DNA of 63,235 bases, counting the filler, from Rozella allomycis CSF55 (Eukaryota), in the NCBI GenBank assembly GCA_000442015.1. It is 9 parts of 9 records of this genome, joined end to end, with 100 filler letters (N's around TTAATTAATTAA, not from the genome) between each part and the next. Parts side by side here need not be neighbours in the genome. Positions count along the whole stretch, not along the records: positions 29,800 to 46,737 come from KE561084.1; positions 46,838 to 53,318 come from KE561085.1; 7 more parts are not named here. One strand, 5' to 3'. The translations under genes were made by a program, and so were the position numbers. This document shows, one piece after another, positions 37,617 to 49,589 of the stretch. The notes beneath the pieces are model-generated. The model ran no database searches. It was given only the letters and a program-made list of their open reading frames with translations, and was not told the origin of the DNA. Position 1 is the first letter of the stretch. The number at the start of each line of letters is the position of its first letter.

Positions 37617-38694
37617 ATGGAAGACCTTCCTTTTCCCCAAACTTTGCCCTCCTTCCCAAGTACACATTAAAATCACTTTCATATAACTATTAGTGCTAAA
37701 CAAGACATGTTTTAATGAATTAAAACATCAAAACGCTGATTGCAAACTTGAAAACATTGACGCCATACCAAGACAATCACCAAACAGCATACCCAATACT
37801 GAACATAAAACATTCTTTGGTAAAGAAACACAAATTTCCAAACGAGCCACTTTTGTTTATGAACCCGACCTCACATTTCCCTGTTTCCGACATCACATAA
37901 ATCATGTGTTTAAAGTGCAAATCGACAAAAAATATCTCACTTTAGCAAATCCTAAAGTTGAGAACACTCACATATGGGGGACAGACATTTACACAGACGA
38001 TTCGGATATCGTTGCTAGTAAAAGTTTACATAGCGTCAAATAGTTTTATATCACAGTGGATATCTAAAAGCAAATGGATCAGAAAAATATGATGTTATTG
38101 TACATATTCAGGTTTTACCAGAATTAAGAGATGGGTACATCGGTTCCGAAAAATCTGGATTGCAATCTCGAAGCTGGATTGCAGAAAAGCACGATGGTGT
38201 TTCTTGGAAAATTTTGAAAGTGGAAAAATTAAGTGTAATAAAACATTATAGGTTTAAAACAGAATAAAAGAGTTCGTGATTCATATAAATCCAGAAAGTC
38301 GAGACTAAAAGAAATTGTAAGTACCAGAAACGAGATAGTAAAGGCCTCATATAACAATTATAGATGAAGAACAATAGTAGATTTCAATCATTAACTTTTG
38401 ATCAAAAAGGGAAGCCTTGGATTCAATACCGCCAAGAAACATTTAAAAATTTATTTGCAAAAAGCAAAACCAAGATCTTTCGCTTTTTGATGAATGACTC
38501 GAATGTGTAACGTAGAATCACCTATTTTATTCAGATTTATTTTCAACGCAAGTAAAGGCTACCACGAAATGTCATGTGAAACAGACAAAACAATTACGAT
38601 ACCTAGATTTACAGCGAAAGAATTGTCTTGGGATTCTCAAGGCTGTACAATAAAACAGTTGTCTTTTGCTATTAAAGGAGTCGAATGTATGTAA
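37617..38694 (+). CDS. RXT3: Rxt3-like histone deacetylase (Rpd3L) complex subunit (multi-exon)
   Basis: IWGTDIYTDDSDIVA..HSG motif and downstream SRSW....HDG.S. Confidence 0.8.
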
Positions 38695-38737
38695 AACAAT
38701 AAAATCGCATTCTAATATTCTATTTGGTAAATTTCCG

Positions 38738-39493
38738 ATGACTGTTTTGAATGTGTTTCGGTTTACAGGAGGTTAGAGAATCAAATTTTTGTTTTAGATA
38801 TATTACATTTTGTATCTATTGTTATATTGCTTTTAAAGATAACAAAATCAAGGTCTTGTAGCGGTAAGAAGTAGTTGTAAATGCAAAAAAGGTTTATCAT
38901 TGTCCAGCCAGCTTTTGTTTATGACTGTCTATGCAACGCGTTATCTTCATTTATTTCAATTTGCTAAATTTGATTTCCTTCATGTTTACAACTTTTTCAT
39001 GAAGGTCTTCTTTCTTTCTGCTCAGGGTTACGTTTTGTATTTGATGATTGTTCGTTTCAAGTCATCTTTGCAGCGTGAGAATGATATAACAAAATTAGAG
39101 TATTTTATTGTACCGTGCGCAATACTTGCTCTTTTGTTTAAAGTGCCCTCGAGTTCCTTCTTTGCGTGGACCATTGAATATTTATGGGCTTTCTCAATAT
39201 TCTTAGAGTCTGTCGCTATATTTCCTCAGTTACATATGCTTCAGAAAACAGGAGAAGCTGAGACTATAACTGTGCACTTTCTGTTTTGTTTGGGCGGCTA
39301 TCGCTTTTTCTATGTTCTGAATTGGATCTACCGATGGGCTTACGGAAATCCTGTAGAATCAGTTGTGATCTTACCTGGATTGATTCAAACCTTACTCTAT
39401 TCAGACTTTTTTTACATTTATTATGAAAAGTAACTTTATTTATTGGCTTCGATTTATAGAGTTATCAAGCGCAAGTTTTTTATTCCAGTTTAA
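38738..39493 (+). CDS. ERD2: ER lumen protein-retaining (HDEL/KDEL) receptor
   Basis: NVFRFTG|D..H, SCS|GLS..SQ, TRYL, WAFSIFLESVAIFPQL, GEAETIT.H, LGGYR..Y..NWIYR, QTLLYSDFFY; introns 38772-38797 and 38864-38891. Confidence 0.95.
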
Positions 39494-39507
39494 TAAATTT
39501 TAAACGT

Positions 39508-39999
39508 TTATAGCAACTTGGAATTTGTTTTTTCATAGATCGCATCAAGGCATCCTAGAATTGGGGGTGCCACATTGTGGCAGTTGAGAAAATCTTTTAA
39601 CCATTTGGTTAATGATTCATCACATGAAGACTATTACAAGATCTTTACAGTATTTACTTTTACTACTATGCATGACGGAATTTTGTCCCTTTGATTAAGC
39701 TTAATTTCTGAAACATCTGGCAACACCAACAGAGAAATTTTATTAGCTGAGCAAGCTAGGACTAAAGGTACTATAACAGAAGTCGCTATTTCACTTTCAA
39801 AGACTATGCAGAGGGCACATCTATCTATGCGTCAACCTAAGTGACTTTGATTACCAAGATTTTTAAAAAATGAGTTAATTCCAAGCAAAATATCGTTTGG
39901 ATAATCATTGATTATATTTATATTGACATTCTTTCGTTTATGAGATTCGAATATTTTATGATAAGGATACTTCAAGACAGTTTTTTGCGTTTTGCCCAT
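39508..39999 (-). CDS. L7Ae-fold protein, probably RNase P/MRP subunit Pop3/Rpp38 (absent from the ORF track; spliced)
   Basis: Manual splicing gives MGKTQKTVLKYPY...ILLGINSFFKNL|DRCALCIVF..SVIVPLVLACSANKISLLVLP..CIVVK|..., matching the L7Ae pattern GxNxxxKxL...LxxxCxxxxIP. Confidence 0.5.
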
Positions 40000-40015
40000 T
40001 TCTGAAAAATACGAA

Positions 40016-40992
40016 ATGAATCTAAGTGAAGACGAAACAAAACTGTATGATAGACAGTTAAGATTATTCGGAATAGAATCTCAGCAAAAGTATGTATTAA
40101 ATTTTATAGATATAGGATTCGCAATGCGAGAGTTGTGATAGTTGGGAAACTCAACTCTACAATGCAAGAAGTATTGAAAAATCTTGTTTTAGTTGGTGTT
40201 GGATCATTCCTGTTTTATAAAGTTACAGAAATTGAGGATGAACATCTAACTTTGTTTGGAGCCTCACTTGAAAGTACCCTCGAACACATGAGAACATTAA
40301 ATCATTCTGTTAAGGTGGAAAAAGTCCTCCATATGGATGATATCGACTATAAAATAATGCTTGCATTTGGTTTGGAAAAAAACGAAGTCATAAATTTAAA
40401 TAACCTATGCAGACAACGAGATGCCCAGTTTGTTGCATGCGATGTTAAAGGGACCTACGCTGCAATTCTAATTGACGGACTAAACCACCAATTTGTCACG
40501 TAAGGAAAAATATTAGCTTATGAAAGAGAATATAAGAGAAAGTCAGAATCAAATAAGGATGTTGAAGTTGATGTTATAGAGACAAGAAAAGAGATTTACG
40601 AACATGTTAAAAAAATATTCAATCTAAAACCTCTCGGTGCGGAAATTTTGAAAAAGTTGAAACGATCAACTAACTTATTTTCACCTTTAGTTCCTCTTTT
40701 CATTGGTAATGAAATATTATCTACTAGATCAGCATATTGGAATGATTCTGATAATTTAGTGTTATCAACATCTTCAGAGTGTTTGAAAATTGGATTACCA
40801 GGTGACTTTGTGCCCAAAGAACTCGCTGAACATTTCCAAAGTAGCGAAGGATTAGATATCCCCTTTGTTGGTGCTTTAGTAGGTGGTTTACTTTCTCAGG
40901 AAGTAATAAAATTGATTTCTGAGAGAGATCCTCCAGCAAATTACGGCATATTTATCAATTCCATGGAACCTTCTGCATTCATTCTACAATAA
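40016..40992 (+). CDS. AOS1: SUMO-activating enzyme E1 subunit (ThiF fold)
   Basis: LSEDE..LYDRQLRLFG.ESQ, EVLKNLVLVGVG, ALVGGLLSQEVIK.IS.RD.P.N. Confidence 0.8.
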
Positions 40993-41187
40993 CATTTATG
41001 TAATAAAACGTTATTTATTTTGTTTCTTTTGCCGAATATAATTCAAATCCATGATTTCAAAATACCATGGTATCAATTTGTATATCTTTGTTTTTACTTT
41101 CGCATGCTTCAGGCTTTTTTTGGTCATTTAATACAACTTCAAATTCTTGTTCATTTTTAACAGATGTAAGATAATACTAAATGTGCA

Positions 41188-42661
41188 TTGAAGAATGTTG
41201 GATTGGACCTTGAAACCTTTTATCTAGTAGAGAAAAGAATGCCAACCACTAGATTTAATGTTTTGGCATTCAATTTGTCAAACTACTATGTTCATTTCCG
41301 AGGATCTAATCTCTACCCAAGAACCACTTACATCCTCAAACAAGAAAACAGCGATATCGAGTTGGGGCAATGTACAACTTTGCCCTTGGCATCATTAGCA
41401 TCATCTTATAGAATAGCGATCATCGGAAACTATATAGAAGCTACAGAGGGCATCTTCGCGAAATATGAAAATGTTTACAATACACATGAAGATATTTTGG
41501 CTAGCATAAGCATTGGGAACATACTCTTGAAGGCAGAAATTGAGGCATCCCCACAAAGAAGTTGGAACAATCTATTCAGCACTATGCAGTCATCCAAAGC
41601 TCTGAACTCTGGATTGGTAAGACAACAACTTGTTGGTTTGACTTGTAGTGGCTCTTTGGAACAGGTGCGTCAGAATCGTCGAATTCAGTTTACAAAATCA
41701 CTAATACGTCTATATTTTCATATAATTCTTTTATAGTAGGGCGCGTAAAGTTTATTCAAACGGATGAATTTTCATACTCCAATGCTCTGACTAATGAATG
41801 CCTAGGAAGTATACAGCTATCTTGGTTTTTAAATCAATTACAAAGTTATCAATCTTATGCGGCAGTAAAACTTTTCCTATTGTTAGAGAGATTATCTGGT
41901 TGAGTACACGGAATTTAAGAGGGTCATCCTTATCATTTGACAAGTCATGTCCTGATGAGCACAGATCTATTAAAAACAATATCTATTCATTAAATATGAC
42001 TAACCTTTTAATAATCTCGGGTGAACTACCCCTAATTGGTGCGGATGATGGAAAAAACTTTGAAGGCATTCCCACTATATTTGGATCATTATTTTCTTCG
42101 AGAGCACAAAAGCCCGGTGAGAATTTAGATTTAAGTGAAGGATGCCAGGGATACGAACGTGAGAAAAACAACTATTACGGTATTTTAACAGTTAGAAATG
42201 CTGAAAATGGCTTTATGGAAGACATATGCGTTAGTTTCACTGCTTATTCGACAGACGATCCAGATCCTCGCTTTGAATTTTCAAAATGTCGATCCATCCG
42301 TAAATCTGGGCAGATGCCTTTAGACTATTCCCCCTCTTGGATACGATCCCCAGAACCCACATCGGGGTTTTGCAGAATATCATGGTACTCTCCGGCCCTA
42401 ATGGCTTCCATATATACTGGATTTATATTTTGTGCATTGACCCCAATCCTCTTTATAGCTTTTCTGATTCAAAGGCACAAAAAAGAGAAGCAGAGAAAAA
42501 GAGAGATGGAATTTAATCCTCACCGAACAATGAATTCTACAAGACACTTGATTAAAGTTCGTGCCTCAATGTACTCAACAAATGCAGTCAAGAGAGTTTC
42601 ACGTTTTGGAATGATAAAATCAAACTCTTCTCAATCACTAATACGACCGGACCACAGGTAA
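41188..42661 (+). CDS. Hypothetical single-pass membrane protein (multi-exon; start uncertain)
   Basis: Two long ORFs with Cys-containing regions; TM helix SIYTGFIFCALTPILFIAFLI followed by a basic stop-transfer QRHKKEK. Confidence 0.5.
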
Positions 42662-42751
42662 AATAAACGATTTCTTCTTTCATTACTTCTTTAAAGCAAA
42701 AATAGGTTAAATTTTAATATATCGATTTAATTGATTTGCAAATGGAGCACT

Positions 42752-43795
42752 TTATTGATTATTTATAGTACTAGCGCTCTTTTTTGTCTCATCAAAGGTT
42801 TTGGACCCGTTAGCTTTTCTCATCAATGCATTAATTGACGATGTCAATGATTTTCCGATGCTGGATTCGATATTTTCAGTAGTTCTGCCTTTTCTATTTA
42901 GCCTACTTTCATTATTGGCTTTGATGGCTCCCTTAACGTCGACGAACGTCGAATTGTAAAAAAACAAACTAAACAATACGAAAGTTATAGTAGTAGAATG
43001 AACGTATGATTTTGTTATGCTGATAGTTTCTGTATACGCTAATGCCATCGTGATTATTTGTATCAGCTGTTCTATTGAAATTATCAACCCGAGTTTTGCT
43101 GTATCTGATCTTGTCAAGTACGCAAAGTATCCAGATCTTTCATAGACCTTGTGCCCAATGTAAAACAATACTAATAGAGTGTTGCCTATCACCATAAGTG
43201 ATGTAAAAATGGTCTGTATCATATTGGATGATGATAAGGCGCTAAAATATGCCTTCTTTAAAGCAGGATCTGTTTCAAACTCTCTGTAAAAATGAGTGTA
43301 TACAACTGAAATTGAAAAACCTACAATCAATCCACTGAGCACAAAGTTAATCCCTAGCATAATATGACGTCTCCTTTCTTCTGTAATAATCATATGTGAG
43401 CGCACGCTAACAATAATACATAGCATGATCTTAGCTAATAAATAAATCACCACAAAGCCAACAATGAACTGAGAGCGTCCAATTTTATCAGTACGATCTC
43501 GATAAGGAGGATAATCATTGAATACAAATCCCATGATAATTAGAGAAAATACCAAAACGTTAAAAAACCTGTAGAAAAACACGAGAAGTTTGTTATTGCT
43601 TTCGATTGGTTTAAATGAAACATTCAATAGTAAGAGTAAATTAATAAGGCATATGTTCAGAATAAGCGGATAGTTATAGTCGACGCTATATGTGGGGAAA
43701 GTTGCATGGCTTGGTGCTGCCGTAGTAGGTACCGCATTGGTCGTTGAAGTTATTAATGTAGATGCATTGATAATCGTTGACGTTACTTGACTCAT
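42752..43795 (-). CDS. Putative 7TM receptor-like protein, paralog A
   Basis: Intronless; Thr-rich N-terminus, about 7 hydrophobic segments, polar tail; paralogous to 43849-44784. Confidence 0.75.
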   Translation of the reverse strand: MSQVTSTIINASTLITSTTNAVPTTAAPSHATFPTYSVDYNYPLILNICLINLLLLLNVSFKPIESNNKLLVFFYRFFNVLVFSLIIMGFVFNDYPPYRDRTDKIGRSQFIVGFVVIYLLAKIMLCIIVSVRSHMIITEERRRHIMLGINFVLSGLIVGFSISVVYTHFYREFETDPALKKAYFSALSSSNMIQTIFTSLMVIGNTLLVLFYIGHKVYERSGYFAYLTRSDTAKLGLIISIEQLIQIITMALAYTETISITKSYVHSTTITFVLFSLFFYNSTFVDVKGAIKANNESRLNRKGRTTENIESSIGKSLTSSINALMRKANGSKTFDETKKSASTINNQ

Positions 43796-43848
43796 TTTGT
43801 AAATGCGATTGTGATTTGGTAACCAGGGAAAACAAAAACTCAATTTTC

Positions 43849-44784
43849 ATGAGCACGATCACGTCAAAAACTACAACAAGCACACTTCCTACAACAGGAA
43901 GCACAACATCTTCGACTCCCATCTTCCCCAAATACAAGGTAGATTTTAATTACCCTATTGTCTTAACAATGTTGCTGTTTTGTTTACTTACAACTGTCAA
44001 TCTCTTACGTAAAAGGCTTTCACATGAAAATCTAAAGTACAAAATTGCTTTTAGAATCATGAACATGCTCACACTACTGGTGATCGTATTAGGCTATTTT
44101 CTAAACGACTATCCAGATTTCAGAGATAAGATTGATAAAAAGGGTCGCTCAATATTGATAATGTCTTTCATAGGAGTCCACATGGTAACCCGCCTGATCG
44201 ATTGCTGCATGATATGCATCCAGAGTTTCAATCGTATTGCAGACAAGCCTTTTAAATTTCGTTGTTCAATATATCTTATTAACATATCATTGACACTAGG
44301 GATCACATATTTTGCTAGCGTCATTTTTTACAACCACTACTTCCGTGAATTCGAAACAGATACGGAAAAAAGAAAGGCATACACAGAGAGTCTACCCACT
44401 TATGCATTTCCAATAATGTTTCTGTATTCATTACTGTGCGTACCCAACCTTTTTCTAGTCCTTCAATACGTCGACAAGAACTTGTTCAACTCTCCACTTT
44501 TGTTTTTCAAGAACCCCGTTACTAGACTTGTAGTGTTTCGCATAATAGAACAGCTATTTCATGTTATATATATGGGAATGCTTTTGACGAAATCCGCCCC
44601 ATTTGCCAGGTCTTGTGTTCAATCTACTACTGTGACTTTAACTATTTCGATTGCCATTTTGTATAGAACAATGTTCTTTGATGATAAGAAGCAAGAAAAG
44701 GCGCTTGCATTAAATAGCACCAAATTGAAAAGCACAAACAGCGTCATTGTTTCAAAAGTCAGCGAATCAACAAATGTCCAATAA
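43849..44784 (+). CDS. Putative 7TM receptor-like protein, paralog B
   Basis: Shares FPxYxVD(Y/F)NYP, NDYPx(Y/F)RDxxDKxGRS, REFETD and SxVxSTT(I/V)T with paralog A. Confidence 0.75.
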   Translation: MSTITSKTTTSTLPTTGSTTSSTPIFPKYKVDFNYPIVLTMLLFCLLTTVNLLRKRLSHENLKYKIAFRIMNMLTLLVIVLGYFLNDYPDFRDKIDKKGRSILIMSFIGVHMVTRLIDCCMICIQSFNRIADKPFKFRCSIYLINISLTLGITYFASVIFYNHYFREFETDTEKRKAYTESLPTYAFPIMFLYSLLCVPNLFLVLQYVDKNLFNSPLLFFKNPVTRLVVFRIIEQLFHVIYMGMLLTKSAPFARSCVQSTTVTLTISIAILYRTMFFDDKKQEKALALNSTKLKSTNSVIVSKVSESTNVQ

Positions 44785-44887
44785 ATTTCACGCCACTCGA
44801 CATTTATAACAGCTAAATTTATCTCCGTGGGATGCACATCATTCTTTTTTGATCCCTGTTCAGTTTTCTCGAAATTTTGCTTTTCTC

Positions 44888-45749
44888 ATGATAGGAGAAG
44901 ATCGATCAAAAGCAGCGCCTATGGACTTTGATCAGGGTAATTCTATTTTATTAGTTAATATTTCAAAGATCCTTTAGCGAAGAAATGGAACCTGAAGGGA
45001 GGTATGACCGATCCTTTTATTTTTCAGTCTCCCAGCAGTTCAGATAATGGTAGAAAGAAAAGGAAGCTATCTACTATAAATTTTAGTAGCTTAAAAATCG
45101 ATGAAGAAAAAAAGCCTCAAAATATGTCCAGGTTTGGATGGATTCTTGATACTTTGAATCATCGCCACCTTCCATACATCATAATTGGATATCTTCAAGT
45201 TTTGTTAAATTCCACTTTGGTTGGTGTTATCATATACTTGATTTATCTCTTTATTAGCGCTATTCAGCGCGATGTTGAGATTAAGGTCAATGAGTACCTT
45301 GTAGAAATTATGAATGAAATCGCTTCTTGCTCTAAAAATTATGTCGAAAATAAATGCGATCCCATGAATCGTGTGCCGGCTATGGAAAAGTCATGTGTTA
45401 TTTGGGAAACTTGTATGAATAGAGACCCAGCAGTGATTGGTCGTGCCAAAGTATCAGCGGAAACATTTGCGGAGATCATTAATAGTTTTGTTGAACCAAT
45501 ATCTTACAAGACTATGGTAATCATTCTAAAATCTTTTAAAAGTAGTTATTTTTTGTGATTGTTCTGTGCGGATCGTTTTTTGTCTCCAATATGGCCTTTT
45601 CATACGCGAAACAAAAGTTTTCAGATGAAGCTCCCAAAAATAATAAAAGGAGAGATATATCGCCGTCCAATTCTATTGTAATACATCATACAACCGACCG
45701 AACCCCTGTTTTTTCCCCTCCTAAACTGTTAAGAAATCGAGATGATTAA
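44888..45749 (+). CDS. BRL1: Brl1/Brr6 nuclear envelope protein
   Basis: GYLQVLLN..TM, C..NY.ENKC....VPAM...C..WE.CM.RDP..GRAKVSAETFAEIINSFVEPISYKT. Confidence 0.9.
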
Positions 45750-45812
45750 TAGAGATATGATCAATTCATTAAAAATTTAAATATATAAATCTATTTTTAT
45801 TTTACATGAATT

Positions 45813-46737
<925 letters not shown>

Positions 46738-47284
46738 NNNNNNNNNNNNNNNNNNNNNNNNNNNNNNNNNNNNNNNNNNNNTTAATTAATTAANNNNNNN
46801 NNNNNNNNNNNNNNNNNNNNNNNNNNNNNNNNNNNNNTAGCCAGAACATTTCTGAATCTATTTTTGGATGTGTCAGTTTATAGAAACCATTTTTCTTCAA
46901 GAATTGCCTTCTGCACTCTTTAATTGTTAAATTATTGAATTTGAAATTAAATGAAATGAAGTTTATTTAACGAGATGATTCCGGTTACATCGAGTTTGCA
47001 GCTGTAAGCTTCTATGATTCTATCGTGTGCGGTGTAAACAAGACCATGGCTAATGTTGTTATGTGTTAATTTATTAACGTGTTAATTAACTTCTGGGGTT
47101 AGGCACTTAGGCTTGTCGTTTCCTTTGGACCGTCTCGGTCGCAAAAAGAATTTCTTCCACTCGCATTTTTAAGACGTTATCCCTCCATTGTCCGCTTTTT
47201 CTTCCGTGGCGGGCAAAAGGTCACCTGGGTTTGTCTTAGAATTTGTGTTGGTTCAACATGTTCCATTTTGGCTATTTGGTGAGC

Positions 47285-48844
47285 ATGAAGCTGTCATGTT
47301 TTCAAAGAATGTTGTTCCTTTTGGCTTTCTTGGCCTCTCTCGCAGAGGCCATAAAACAATCTTTTAAGAGTAGAAGAAGTCGTTAATATTACTTTAAATA
47401 AAAAAATATTTGAAATATAGAAAAGAATAATTTTAGTTCAGGTATTAAGCTTTTGGGTGGCTAGGTTACTGGGTCGGCATATGTCATTGACAAAAATTAG
47501 AGTAGTTGCAAACCGTGCACATTCTATTTATGGTGAGATTGAAATAGGTCAAGTTTTTAACAAAAAAAATCTTGAAGATTTACTATTTTTCATAGACATC
47601 AACGTTAACTCATTACTTTCGGAATCTGATATGAGAGAAATGCATTTAATGGTATTCCGCAAAATTGACAGACTTCCGTTCAAACTATCAGATTCTATGA
47701 TACACGATCATGCCGTCTTCGCCTTAAAGACTTTTAATAAGCCTGAGGAAACTTGTATCTGTTGCCACTATGGGTACCCTCATATTCAAAAAGGGACATG
47801 TAAAATAATATTATTTATGTGGATATAGATTTTTATAAAGTCCTAATGGGGAAAAATGAATGCGACAGAAAAATTTACGTGTCCAAGGAATCGGACATAA
47901 CCGCTGCAGTTACATTTTGGTTGAGGGAAAACTTTCCAAGACCAACGAATAAAAGGTAAAAATTGTATTTTCATTTAATTAGAAAAGTGCATCATTGTAA
48001 GCTGCTTGACTTAAAGACCGCCGTAATATGGAAAACAGGTGCCACAAAAACGGACGAATTCTGCATATATTGTGCGTTTTCTAATGCCTACAACAGTGAG
48101 ACAATACCGTGGCATCAGTTGCAGCTGCCTGGGAAACTTAATATGACGCCAGAAAAAACATTACCCGAACACTCCATTACTACAAAAACGATAGGTCCCG
48201 ACAATACGACAGCGAGTTTAGATAATATGACTGATGAGTATGAGAGCTCTGTGGGCCAAATAGTATCAGATGAGGAAATTAGTTCTCTAAACTCAGATCG
48301 TGTGACACTACACATGGTATATTCTAAATTGTGTAGTTTAGAAAAGAAGTTTAGAAAGCTAGAAACACGCGTTGATTATATGTACGAAGAAAGTTTATTC
48401 GCGACAGTAATGAAGTTTAGCAAGCGTCAATGGATGCTCAACATCGTACATGATGTTGAGCCTTATGGACGATTGTATTCTTTAACTCGTAACTTTGATT
48501 CACATAAACAATATAGATCACAAACATGAATTTATAAAACTTCATAATCTGTTAAAGAGTTTTGGTGAACACTGGAAAGTTTTGCCGATAAAGCATCCCT
48601 CTCTGCGGCCATACCAAGTAGAGTTTAACATTTTGAGTTTCGCGAACACTGAAACTCAATCTTGTTCAAAAGCTAGACCCTTAAAAATGTCACCGGAAAA
48701 CAGCCCTTATGAAGAAAGAGGGTCCTTTTTGAGAATCTTCAGTCAAGAAAATTCCAGCATGATGGCGTTGAATGCATTAGTTATTTTCGAAGCCACAACT
48801 TCTCCGGTAGCATGGGATACGTCGGCGTTACAAAATCCAACAAA
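47285..48844 (+). CDS. Hypothetical, possibly secreted protein; fragmented or multi-exon
   Basis: ATG 47285 opens a signal-peptide-like MKLSCFQRMLFLLAFLASLAEA; downstream same-strand ORFs contain CxCC and CxxC motifs. Confidence 0.35.
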
Positions 48845-48978
48845 NATTAATTAATTGTGTCATTGTGTTTAAAAAAACTCTATATTTGACCCTAAGATTA
48901 AAATGAATGTAATTAAGAGCGAGAATATTTTTTATTAGTAAAAACATAAAGTCGGATATGCATATTAAAGAATTTTAT

Positions 48979-49046
48979 CGGACGGGGAGTTTACGACCCG
49001 GACTTCAGAAACGATTATTGGCATGTTGAGTTAATACCATTTTCAC
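48979..49046 (+). repeat. Dispersed repeat family B copy
   Basis: Matches the reverse complement of 26751-26813. Confidence 0.85.
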
Positions 49047-49589
49047 CTCGAATACTCACTTTAAGGGATTTACATCGTTGACCAGGGGTTGTCAAGTGGT
49101 GTGTGTATGTGTGTGATGTTAAAAATACCTTTAAATCTTAAAGATATTACTAATTGTCAATTAAAAAGATGAAATAATTATGGTTTTTATACATTTGACA
49201 AACGTCGGCGTTACAAAATCCAACAAATGCAATGGCAAGGTTTATGTATAAGCTCTGTCAGTTAGAAAGGCAAATACAACTTGCCTTGATTGTTTATGAA
49301 GGCGATGAAAAAAATGTATTCTGCGGGCTGTATTGTCATAGTCTACGTCACAATCTGCAAAGTACGAATAATTGGAAACATGAGATTTCGGCTTCTAATT
49401 TCGCCCACTGTATCCCAACACTTGTTAAATTAATGAAGCTGAATCAATTCGCAATAACTGCTTAAATAAAAACTAATTCTCTATGAACTTCAGTACACTT
49501 AATATTAGATACTTATAATCAACCGTTGAATCCATATTTAATTTAGTAAGTTAATAGCGAGAATGAAGATAAAAAGGCATGATATTATT

